In this document: positions 33,001 through 40,822 of the stretch, one piece after another
How positions within the stretch are numbered: the first letter of the stretch is position 1
Layout of the letters: every line of letters begins with the position of its first letter
Origin: Candidatus Moanibacter sp.
Lineage (GTDB): Bacteria; Verrucomicrobiota; Verrucomicrobiia; Opitutales; UBA2987
Assembly: GCA_965215885.1 (NCBI GenBank)
Contig: CBDCEW010000078.1
Span: 1-64,000, forward strand
Length of the DNA stretch: 64,000 nt
Direction: 5' to 3'
The notes under the pieces: generated by a model
Database searches by the model: none
What the model saw: only the letters and a program-made list of their open reading frames with translations
Told to the model about the DNA's origin: nothing
Made by a program: the position numbers and the translations under genes

Positions 33001-33118
33001 TCATCGAAAGAATCGCTAAGCGGCGATGCTGAATCCTTAGACCAATGCCGATTCGCAACGCTGAAAGCGGTGCCCCGAGTGAGGTTGCAAAGAAAAATCG
33101 AGGGATTCTGTCAATCAT
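30038..33118 (-). CDS. DUF318/ArsP-like permease fused to an FG-GAP/ASPIC-UnbV domain
   Basis: N-terminal ~370 aa with multiple TM helices and GTPLGVCVNCAAP..LASPVFN; C-terminal DFNGD/DLDNDGD repeats, GWAWGSRFADLNNDG and LHFGLG. Confidence 0.8.
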   Translation of the reverse strand: MIDRIPRFFFATSLGAPLSALRIGIGLRIQHRRLAILSMISIAILTASFWMTSRYPDLDKKSTGAGVDQPSMLSHNPVFQVTESQNFVTQVFLTWLNWCDTNLQGMVFGMLLGAFFLSLFQSLTFSRGQNNFTQALMGLGLGTPLGVCVNCAAPMMIGLLGSSRVTMALAAMLASPVFNIVVVSMSFSLFPAGLVIAKLSFNFLLILLVLPLLVKAAPSLVGKAKEMSCDTSASIAPQFDGRNPLRQVFQNVFYVIKFSLPLMLLAGLLGALLAHSGLLSVFESRSFSVPDVLLVSFFGTFLPLPIGVDVIVANSFYQSGSPMWLVAALLFSLGSFSIYSYFLVGKMLSLRLSSYIFAAVMSCAILLSGVSELYLSDDKTEAVQLPQVKQAVALAVVSYDPKNTGPVLERIDKGRYEGVEVETYALRERTRDKVKVVSGLSLGIVSYFPSPLIYAEPEIGTARPMTNGDFNGDLWQDIVVASENHIDAYANTGGEFKRVPLPQLHERILVLALIDLDNDGDLDLLASSFFSGISYILNNNGGWGNNDGGWGTSSWIQIPGTQGSIPSAITVADLDQNGLPDLAFAHSHAAHFLIRNKTRPLKSENVILYNHFPEFEVQKNEQWVGESLANLFTDANGDGNTDLIVANDFGMPSYLSTYKSGQLNLLPSKVPVPTTGMGVDAADIDGDQVPEQIVVGSHFMRSDWVGEPRPLTALCQLWEEGAKSQCLELTEMFAALEVGNKRNANLAACDQFQNANRKKACQQVVQLMRHVGRDQMSFCEQKNLVPFLATFCRLIRDVNIGKVASPPLYKSSRSASRNALFNTGKTNGWERDRAAAFKINETGWAWGSRFADLNNDGWQDLFVVNGFAGVEKEVSYSNLWLENKAGKVFELSEHQKDIEEKLVMNSSSLIFDIDLDGDLDVLTSGALTPFQFMVNSAAGDALLIDLVDSVGFKQAGNAVVKVVTDRATYRREVKMGQGYVGFQGQRLHFGLGSGARIKAVLVTWSDGSENRINSGIEKNRLMVIRR

Positions 33119-33303
33119 GAGTTCTTCCTCGAAAATTTGGCCGAATAAAGTTCCTTTTTACTCGGGCGCTCCCCTCTGCATAGGCCTCGATGGTTGGAAC
33201 GTCGTAAACATAGGCGTGAACTGTAATGGATTTAGAATCCGGGTATCTTTTGTAAATATTGGCCACGAACGATAAGAAATCGATTTTCTGGTGGTGCGGG
33301 CAG

Positions 33304-33516
33304 ATGCCCGTTGAGACCGGTCTGAAGAAGCGATGTCATCACGTGAAGGGTATGTGACGGGGCTGGATGGGTCAAGCGGAAGGGCGCGCTGGCCACGTCT
33401 TCCAGGGTCGATACAAGCCCCTGGTCATAGAAGGTGATTTTGGCTTATTGAAAGTCGTGGACCATATTCATTTGAACCCGGTCTGGCAGGAATACGTCGC
33501 TACCACAGCCGCCTGA
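33304..33516 (+). pseudogene. REP-associated tyrosine transposase (RAYT, Y1_Tnp) remnant
   Basis: 33382-33516 reads GRAGHVFQGRYKPLVIEGDFGLLKVVDHIHLNPV, matching the RAYT GH(L/V)FQGRYK..YIHLNPV signature. The catalytic Tyr position is CAT (His, 33463-33465). The 5' part is decayed and the ORF is too short for the track. Confidence 0.75.
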
Positions 33517-33562
33517 AATGGATCATGGAAGAAAGCCCGAAAAACATGTGGCAGCAATTAAA

Positions 33563-33910
33563 ATCGACGAAGCTTACGACGAAGTTTGGAGGGAACTTCT
33601 CCCCCGTAAGGGAATCTTCGTCGTCAACTTTGTCGCGAGCTTTGTCGTCTTTTCCTGTTAATTCTCTCGATCAAGCTTACGACGAAGTTTACGATTAAGT
33701 TTGCAGGGAGCATTATCGACCCGCCAGGGCCCCTTTGTCGTAATCTTCGTCGTCAACTTCGTCGTTCTTTCCGTTCTCTCTCGTCGATATCCAGTCGATC
33801 CTCTCTCGACAAAGCTCACGACAAAGCTCGCGACAAAGTTTGGAGGGTTACTCGTCGGCAGGAATTCTTCGGGACTTCGTCGTCAATCCCGCTGAGCGGG
33901 ATCGTTCTTT
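33563..33910 (+). repeat. Array of 12-bp-unit hairpin elements
   Basis: Same units as 1944-2256; ends with an inserted TCCCGCTGAGCGGGA (33887-33901). Confidence 0.85.
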
Positions 33911-34335
33911 TCATTTCCCTCCATCCAGCCCCGTCTTACCCATCTGCCTCGAGGCGAGGACCCAGGGGTCCTTCGTTTCCGTCCTGAAACGCCGCACCTT
34001 CGTGCGCATCTCTTCGCCGATTTCCTGAAGTGCCGGATCGTGAATGAGATTCGTTGATTCGATGGGATCAATTTCGATGTCGAACAAGGCCTCCGCATCC
34101 TGGTGCAGGAAATTACGTGTCCGTATTGTCCGTGCGTATGGCTGTAGTGCCGTGTCAGGATGTTCGCCCGGCTGGCGGCACAGGAGGGGGTGGTGCAAAA
34201 GGCATTGGTGAAAAGCGTCCCCCGCGCGGCGAGGGCGTCAACGTGGGGAGTCCGGATCACCGGACTGCCATAGCATCCCGCGATGGGACTCCAGTCATCG
34301 GCGATCAATAACAGGACGGAACGCAACCCGGCCAA
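33911..34335 (-). pseudogene. Sulfatase pseudogene with large internal deletion
   Basis: N-terminus (LLIADD..RTPHVDALA..CAASRA..HGQYGH) is joined out of frame near 34115-34122 to a sulfatase C-terminus (EALFDIEIDPIESTNL..DPW). Confidence 0.8.
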
Positions 34336-34388
34336 ATTTCATCCTCGCATAGCGAAATGAGAAGAAATTCGCGTATGAATGCGAATTT

Positions 34389-34616
34389 CTATGTCGACAA
34401 TTCTGGAACGTGGTCGTCTTCGTAGCGTTTGATCAATACCCCGACAACTTCCATGAGTGAGGCTAAAGAGTGTGCTTCGTCTTCTCCGATCTCATCGATC
34501 ATTGAGTCCAGGAATGCGACAAGCTCCTCATATTCGGCCTCGTTGTGAGGCACAAAAAGAGTCTTCGAGAAAGACGGCCACGTTCTCTTGGCTTCTTCCA
34601 TACGGACTAACGTCAT
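34389..34616 (-). CDS. HigA-type antitoxin, short form lacking the HTH
   Basis: PHNEAEYEELVAFLD..SLMEVVGVLIKRYEDDH resembles the HigA N-terminal domain; lies directly downstream of a HigB remnant. Confidence 0.7.
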   Translation of the reverse strand: MTLVRMEEAKRTWPSFSKTLFVPHNEAEYEELVAFLDSMIDEIGEDEAHSLASLMEVVGVLIKRYEDDHVPELST

Positions 34617-34619
34617 TTA

Positions 34620-34690
34620 TCACTCCTTCCATTTCCCTAGGTCATATTATTCATGCGTGAGGATATGACGAATGTGGATGTTTCGCGGCA
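34620..34690 (-). pseudogene. HigB toxin C-terminal remnant
   Basis: Minus strand reads ..NIHIRHILTHE*YDLGKWKE*, i.e. the HigB ILTHxEYDxGxWK motif with an internal TAA; the 5' part is missing. Confidence 0.7.
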
Positions 34691-34854
34691 AAGTCGTTAA
34701 GCCTTATCCGAGTGATCACATCCGATTCCCAACTGATCGCCTACGCGGGGCCGAAGCTGAACCCTCACACCTGTCACTGGTGGACGGTTCGTGTATGGGA
34801 TGGACGTGGAAAGCCCGGCTGGCCGGGATCGGACAAAGTCCGGCTATAAGGCTG

Positions 34855-35634
34855 TTAGTAGGCCGATACCAACCCCATTCCCCCATCGATGACGAGTACC
34901 TGCGCGGTTACCATGGAGGCGGCATCGGACGCGAGGTATACGATCGCGCCTGCGATATCGGAGTATGCCAGTGGCAGGCCGTGGAGGAATGTGCCCGGTT
35001 TCGGTGATCGCAGGATGGGTAATGTTTCTTCTTCAAAGGGGCGCATTCGGCCCGGGGCAAGTGCGTTCACTCGTATACCGTGCCGTTTAAACTCCATTGC
35101 CATGACCCGTGTCATATGGACGACGGCGGCCTTTGCGATCGAATAACCGGGGTTGCTGGGCTGAATGTGCACTCCTACCCGTGAAGCGATGTTGACGATG
35201 GATCCTGCGACGCCGCCCTCGATCATGTGCCGCGCGACTGCCCGCGACATCAGAAACGTCCCCCGTACGTTAACCTGATAGTGTTGATCGAGAATATCGA
35301 CCCGGTAATCGAGCGAACCTGCAGAAACGTCGTCCATTCTGCCGGCATTGTTGACCAGTACGTGTACCGGTCCCAGCCTAACGGTGATGTCACCCACGCA
35401 CGGTTCGATGGCGTCCGCGTCCCGGAGGTCCAGGGGCACGAATAGCGCTCGCCGGCCCAGCGCTTCTGCCTCCTGGACGACCGCATGCGCCTCTTTCTCT
35501 TGTGTAGGCAGGTCAATGATGGCCAGATCCGCGCCCGCCTCAGCCAGGGCCAGGCAGAACTCCCGGCCCAGATTACGCGAGCCGCCTGTTACGATGGCGT
35601 TGCGACCGCCCAAATGGAACTTCTCCAGCGTCAT
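34855..35634 (-). CDS. Short-chain dehydrogenase/reductase (SDR)
   Basis: TGGSRNLG, LVNNAG, YSIAK (YxxxK) and GIRVNALAPG. Confidence 0.92.
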   Translation of the reverse strand: MTLEKFHLGGRNAIVTGGSRNLGREFCLALAEAGADLAIIDLPTQEKEAHAVVQEAEALGRRALFVPLDLRDADAIEPCVGDITVRLGPVHVLVNNAGRMDDVSAGSLDYRVDILDQHYQVNVRGTFLMSRAVARHMIEGGVAGSIVNIASRVGVHIQPSNPGYSIAKAAVVHMTRVMAMEFKRHGIRVNALAPGRMRPFEEETLPILRSPKPGTFLHGLPLAYSDIAGAIVYLASDAASMVTAQVLVIDGGMGLVSAY

Positions 35635-35839
35635 ACTCGGTGGCGCCGAGGTATTGATCAGTCCAAAGCCAGTGTGGCTTCACCTTCGAGCATGGTGTCC
35701 TCGGCACGATCGCCTTTCGGACCGTACGGGCAGGGGCCCGTTGAGAGTGGCCTGAAGGAGCGTATCATGGTGAGAAGAGTCCCAGAATACGCCGGATGAG
35801 GCAAGCAGAAGCGCGCTTTTTCGGGTTCTAGAGGAGCAT

Positions 35840-35920
35840 CCGATTAAGCTGACGACGAGGCTTACGATTAAGTTTGAGGGAGCTTCTTCCACCCGTAAGG
35901 GAAACTTCGTCGTCAACTGT
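35840..35920 (+). repeat. Partial 12-bp-unit element (right arm, linker, start of next left arm)
   Basis: CGATTAAGCTGA CGACGAGGCTTA CGATTAAGTTTGAGGGAG..CCCGTAAGGGAAACTTCGTCGTCAA. Confidence 0.8.
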
Positions 35921-36046
35921 GCTCCGTAAGTCGCTGAATTTTGTAGCCGCGTTCGCAAGAACGTGGTCTTGGTTTCCGAAAGGGCGACTCTTTCAGCAGA
36001 ATCGGTCCTGCCGTACGGTAGGATTCGGGGTCACCGAAGCTTCTAT

Positions 36047-36112
36047 CGTGTTGACCAAGTCGACGCCAGATGTAATGGACGTGTTGACCAAGTCGACGCC
36101 AGATGTAATGGA
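36047..36112 (+). repeat. Exact 33-bp tandem duplication upstream of the 36172 operon
   Basis: CGTGTTGACCAAGTCGACGCCAGATGTAATGGA occurs twice in tandem. Confidence 0.9.
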
Positions 36113-36171
36113 TGTGTCCGGGGCTTTCGAAGCATAAAATCGTTTAGCAGGCCGTCAAAAAGGAGTAGAAC

Positions 36172-38118
36172 ATGCACATCACCGATGCGCAACTCGCGTA
36201 CGGCATGGACATTAAAATTTCCAATCAGCAGCGGCACCCACTCACGGTAACGATCGGTGAGGAGGGCCTCATGAGTATCTCCTCGCCACAGGCGGCAATC
36301 GTATCCGCCGCGCACCTTCTGCTGCCGCGCCTGGCGCCGGCGTTCCTGAACTGCGCGGATCCCAGTGACGATGAGGCAATCGGGGCGCCACCGCGTCTCG
36401 AAGACGGGAGACTGGACGAGGAGGACGCGCGCAGCGGACGGCGGTGTTTCCGGCTGACTGGAATTTTGCGCCATCCGGTGCGGCGCGAGCACCGCCTGTA
36501 TTACGAGGCTCGCGTTTCACTTGGGAGCGCTCCGCTGATCGAGGTCGAGTACGCCCGGGTCCGCAGCCTGGACGGAAGAATCACCCTCACCCACTGGGAG
36601 CATCACCTGCTCCTTGATTCGTGCGATTCGGTGCTCTTCGAAGCGCTGGATGAGCCGCGCCAAGTAGCGGTCTTCGATCTGGTGTTGGGGCCCGGTTCCG
36701 GGGCGGAGGCCCTCGCCGTGCGTGACCGGAACTGGTGGCTGGTGCTGGCGTCGAGTGATCTTGGGAACTATCGGGAGGGGGCATTTTCCCTGCGCAGCGA
36801 CCCTGAGCGCCCCGGAGTCCATCATTTCGGCTTGCATCGGATCAGCCCGGATTGGGCCTACAGCGGGGCGATTCACCAGAGCCTGGAATCAATCGATCTT
36901 CCCGACGGCGGCGCACTTTCGGCGAGCTTCACCCTCGAGGTGCAGAGCCAGCCGCCGCTCCCGGACGCGTTGCATCCCAGCGAAGGCGGTCGCTACAACG
37001 AAACACCGGGCAGCCCGGAGGCCGAGGTTCTCTACCTGCATCGTCCACCTCCACGGGATACCGTCGACAAGAACGCACGACTCGCCGAGAGAATCCGCGA
37101 GAAAATCGAGTTTTTCACCATCACCGGCGGGCGGCTGCACGGGCTGCACTGGGGCGGGTACTGCCACATCAACAAGCGCCACTTGGAGGCCCCGGTGAAT
37201 CGCGCCGAGTACGCCGAGTACATGCTGAACGAGTACGTGCGCAGTGGCGATGCATGGTGGCTCGAGCGGGTGCTGGAGTTCGCCCGCGCGCATCTCGATT
37301 TGATGTACTTGACGAGAGAACCCGACCCCCTGCACGGTGGCGTTCGCCATCGCGGCACGATTCACGTTGTGACGCCCATCCGCTCGTGTCGCACTGCCAA
37401 CCTGCTCCTCAACCTCTACGCGATGACCGGAGATGAAGTCTATCGGCGGGCTGCGATCGCGAACGGTGACTACCTTTTGCGCCACGTGGTCGATGCCCAG
37501 GCGAGGCAGGCGGCCGCCTGCCGGGAGCTCGCCGCTCTATGGAGACACACCGGCGAAGAGCGGTTCGCGCAGGGGGCGCGGACCGTCGTCGATCGAGTGG
37601 CAAGCTATCAAGAAACGGACGGCAGCTGGCACCAGGTCTACAACCCCGATGGCAGCGTGACTGAGCGGCACAAACACGAAGCCGGGGAGTACAGCGTCGC
37701 CGCGCCGCGCAAGCCGGAGATGGCGAGTTATAACATCATAGGGATGCTGGACATGGTGACGGTGCTGCCTTACGAACCGGCGGAGCAGGCGGCCCGGCGC
37801 GCCCTGGACTGGCTGGTCTCCGTACAGTCGGAGGCTGGTGGTTGGCGCTTTCCCGCCTACAATAGTGTGGGGCTGTGGGGGCACGGCGCGTTCCAGGACG
37901 CCCACGCGATGTTCCTCGGTTATGGGCAATTCGGCGACCAGCGCTACCTGACGGCGGGAACACGGGTTTTCTCCTGGGCTGTTCAGCTCCTTGAGGAGCG
38001 CGGCTATATACCGACTGTCGTCGGTTTCTGGCCCTATGAGCAGACCGAGGCAAGCCTCTCCTATTTCTACGGCCTGGAGGCGCTCGCCGCGCTGCGCAGT
38101 CTGAAAGGTAACCAATGA
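36172..38118 (+). CDS. Hypothetical protein with probable (alpha/alpha)-barrel carbohydrate-active domain
   Basis: 648 aa, high-GC coding pattern, repeated helical motifs (LYAMTGDEVYRRAA, Q..DGSW, Q...GGW); coupled to the next gene. Confidence 0.65.
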   Translation: MHITDAQLAYGMDIKISNQQRHPLTVTIGEEGLMSISSPQAAIVSAAHLLLPRLAPAFLNCADPSDDEAIGAPPRLEDGRLDEEDARSGRRCFRLTGILRHPVRREHRLYYEARVSLGSAPLIEVEYARVRSLDGRITLTHWEHHLLLDSCDSVLFEALDEPRQVAVFDLVLGPGSGAEALAVRDRNWWLVLASSDLGNYREGAFSLRSDPERPGVHHFGLHRISPDWAYSGAIHQSLESIDLPDGGALSASFTLEVQSQPPLPDALHPSEGGRYNETPGSPEAEVLYLHRPPPRDTVDKNARLAERIREKIEFFTITGGRLHGLHWGGYCHINKRHLEAPVNRAEYAEYMLNEYVRSGDAWWLERVLEFARAHLDLMYLTREPDPLHGGVRHRGTIHVVTPIRSCRTANLLLNLYAMTGDEVYRRAAIANGDYLLRHVVDAQARQAAACRELAALWRHTGEERFAQGARTVVDRVASYQETDGSWHQVYNPDGSVTERHKHEAGEYSVAAPRKPEMASYNIIGMLDMVTVLPYEPAEQAARRALDWLVSVQSEAGGWRFPAYNSVGLWGHGAFQDAHAMFLGYGQFGDQRYLTAGTRVFSWAVQLLEERGYIPTVVGFWPYEQTEASLSYFYGLEALAALRSLKGNQ

Positions 38119-39014
38119 TGCCGCCGGTTCTGCATCTGTGCTTCACGATCGACTGCGAGCAACTGCACGAAGACTATCAGAAGGTTTCCCTGGCTGAGGG
38201 CCCGGTTGACTGGCAAGCCAGCGAAGGGGCGCTCGCTTCGTTTGCCGCGCTCGTAGAAGAACGCGACGGTGTCGCCACATTCTACGTGGTTCCCCGCGCA
38301 GCGGCCGAGCACGGGCGCCTTTTGAGGGAGATCGAGAGCAGGGGCCACGAAGTGGGGCTGCATCTGCATCCCTGCGTCTTCGAGGAGGTCGGCCGGTATA
38401 GCATAGGTACCGCAGCCCGGTCCCGGGAGGAGCAGGCCGAGCTGCTCCGTGCCGCCCGCGACCGCTGGGCGGAAGCGATTGGCGCGCCGCCCGCCACCTT
38501 TCGTGCCGGAAACTTCTCCGCCAATGGCGACACGTTCAGCGTTTGCGCAGAGCTGGGGATGCGGCACGGCTCGGTGAGCAGTCCGGGGCGCGACGTGCCG
38601 GAGATTGCAGCGGTGTGGAAGCACAGCCCCGTATGGCCGGTAGAGCGCGAGGGATTCATCGACGTGCCACTCACGACGATCCCCAGCGAGATTCGCCCGA
38701 ACGGGTTTCCCCTGGAGTTGCGGATCGAACGGACCGGAGACTCGCCGGATGACATGCCACTGCGGGTGTTGCGGAGCCGTCTGGCCGAGATCGCCTCCTG
38801 GCCTCCCGAGAGCCCGAGGGTGCTGGTGGCGCTGACCCATACCAGTGTCCCCTACCATCTGCGCCCCGCCCGTGAGCTCGCGGTCATCGATCGGGTGGTC
38901 GAGGAGTCACGCCGATGGGCAGAGCACAATGGCTATCGGCTTGCCCTCTCCACGGTTGGGGAAATGGTGCGAGCGTTTCGTGCAGGACATGAGGAGGTGA
39001 AGAGTGACACGTGA
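38115..39014 (+). CDS. Polysaccharide deacetylase (NodB-like) family protein
   Basis: FTIDCE, ATFYV, GHEVGLHLHP and FRAG motifs; ATGA overlap. Confidence 0.8.
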   Translation: MMPPVLHLCFTIDCEQLHEDYQKVSLAEGPVDWQASEGALASFAALVEERDGVATFYVVPRAAAEHGRLLREIESRGHEVGLHLHPCVFEEVGRYSIGTAARSREEQAELLRAARDRWAEAIGAPPATFRAGNFSANGDTFSVCAELGMRHGSVSSPGRDVPEIAAVWKHSPVWPVEREGFIDVPLTTIPSEIRPNGFPLELRIERTGDSPDDMPLRVLRSRLAEIASWPPESPRVLVALTHTSVPYHLRPARELAVIDRVVEESRRWAEHNGYRLALSTVGEMVRAFRAGHEEVKSDT

Positions 39015-39103
39015 TCGAAGAGCCAGGAGAGTTTCTTGCTCGCAGCGCGTGGGAGCGACGGTTCTACACATGAAAACGCCTCTTTGGAATAGGAGTATAA
39101 CAT

Positions 39104-40822
39104 ATGGATAACACGAAACAGGAAACACTCGTTCTAATTGACAAAGGAAGCATCCACGATGTCTTCCTGACGGCTCAGGTGTATCTCGAAGAGGCCTGTA
39201 TTCGCCTGCTGCGGGGCCGCTCCATGGCCTTTTCGAGAAAGGAGCTAGGAAGAGGAGACTTTCACATCAGAGCTGAGCTCTGCATCAAAGACAAAACGCC
39301 GTTTCACCAGAGGGAGTATCTCCCTCGAAGCCGTTACTACCCCAACGCGGCCTTCATCTTCAGCGGCGGAGGGTCGTGGGAAAAGGGAGAGGTGGATTTG
39401 CGCATGAGCGGGTTCATTCCCGAAACGGTAAGAAAGTACAACACATTCGAGTTCAGCCAAAGAGGCTTTTTCAGACTAAAAGGCCCCATTTTGAATAATC
39501 TTCAGAAAGACATTCTAGGCAAAGGGTGGCTGTATGACGGCGAGTTCTTCGTTTTTGAGGTATTTAGAAAGGAGAATACGCTCTCATTCGTCGTCGATGG
39601 CTCAACCATCTACTCGACCCCTTTCCAAGAGGAGGAATTCGGGAAATTCGGGTTTGCAGGACTTGGCAATGACGAAATGGTCATCAAATCGCTCGAAGCA
39701 AAAGGAGAGTTTAAGGAATGGACACCTCCTCCTCCGCTGACCAGGTATAGAGAAGGGTACAATGTACCGGTAGTCGATCTTTCACAGGATTCGTCCCGAC
39801 AGGTGATCGTCGCTCCCGGGGAGGATGTTGCCTCCTACACCAAGGGGGATCATACACTGGATAGCACGGAAGGTTTCCAGCATCCGACTACGCTCCTGCT
39901 CGATGACGGCAGCACCATGTTCTGCGTGTTCTCCGCCGGCCATGGCGGAAGCTGCGGGCCGCTAAACGTGAGTCATGACGGAGGCCTGACCTGGACATGG
40001 GCACAAACACCCGAGAACTGGAAGACAGCCGGTAACGGCCCCTGTATCCATAAACTCAACGATAAGGATGGAACTCAAAGACTCTTCGTCTTTGCCCGGA
40101 GAGAGGAAAACTCGCCCATGGTCCAGACGGTGTCTCTTGACAATGGGATTACCTGGAGCGAATTCGAGGAGAATGGGCTGCAATGCGTGGTTCCGCCTAT
40201 CACGATAAAAGCTATATCGGGGGACCGGCACCTCGCTTTGTTCGATATTCGAGGTGATAGGATCCATCAGAGCATTTCCAGTGACGGAGGTTTGACCTGG
40301 GAATCCCAAAAGGAGATAACCGACGGTTCTCTCTGCCTCTCCGAGCCCTGTATTATCCGTTCGCCCGATGGAAATCAGTTGTTGGCCATATTAAGAGAAA
40401 ACTCCTTCTGGTATAATTCATACGCCATCATAAGCGATGATGAAGGGGAAACCTGGAGCGCTCCTTTTGAAATGCCCGGAGCGGTCACCGGACACAGGCA
40501 CCTGGCTCGCTATGACGAAGACGGACGGATTGTGATGGTTTTCCGTGATATGGCCAGAGCCACCAAAACGCCTTCCGACTTCGTTGGGTGGGTAGGCACT
40601 TACGATGACTTGGTGAACTGTGGGGAGGGGCAGTACCGGCTCCGGCTTATTGAAAACAGCAAATACCAACCGGATAACCCGGGCTTCACCGGCTATCCCG
40701 GTCTCGAAAGGCTGCCGGACGGTACCTTTGTTGCCACTACCTATGCCGTGCTGTCCCCGGGACCGATTGCATCCATTGTTTCGGTCCGGTTTAAGCTGAG
40801 TGAGGTGGACGAACTCTCATGA
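39104..40822 (+). CDS. BNR/Asp-box sialidase-like exo-glycosidase
   Basis: Asp-boxes SHDGGLTW, SLDNGITW, SSDGGLTW and SDDEGETW; C-terminal GYPGLERLPDGTFVATTY. Confidence 0.85.
   Translation: MDNTKQETLVLIDKGSIHDVFLTAQVYLEEACIRLLRGRSMAFSRKELGRGDFHIRAELCIKDKTPFHQREYLPRSRYYPNAAFIFSGGGSWEKGEVDLRMSGFIPETVRKYNTFEFSQRGFFRLKGPILNNLQKDILGKGWLYDGEFFVFEVFRKENTLSFVVDGSTIYSTPFQEEEFGKFGFAGLGNDEMVIKSLEAKGEFKEWTPPPPLTRYREGYNVPVVDLSQDSSRQVIVAPGEDVASYTKGDHTLDSTEGFQHPTTLLLDDGSTMFCVFSAGHGGSCGPLNVSHDGGLTWTWAQTPENWKTAGNGPCIHKLNDKDGTQRLFVFARREENSPMVQTVSLDNGITWSEFEENGLQCVVPPITIKAISGDRHLALFDIRGDRIHQSISSDGGLTWESQKEITDGSLCLSEPCIIRSPDGNQLLAILRENSFWYNSYAIISDDEGETWSAPFEMPGAVTGHRHLARYDEDGRIVMVFRDMARATKTPSDFVGWVGTYDDLVNCGEGQYRLRLIENSKYQPDNPGFTGYPGLERLPDGTFVATTYAVLSPGPIASIVSVRFKLSEVDELS

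Noticed and set aside
2657..33118. Enediyne biosynthetic cluster suggested by UnbV domains
   Set aside because: No PKS, thioesterase or UnbL/UnbU-like genes; UnbV-like proteins are widespread outside such clusters.
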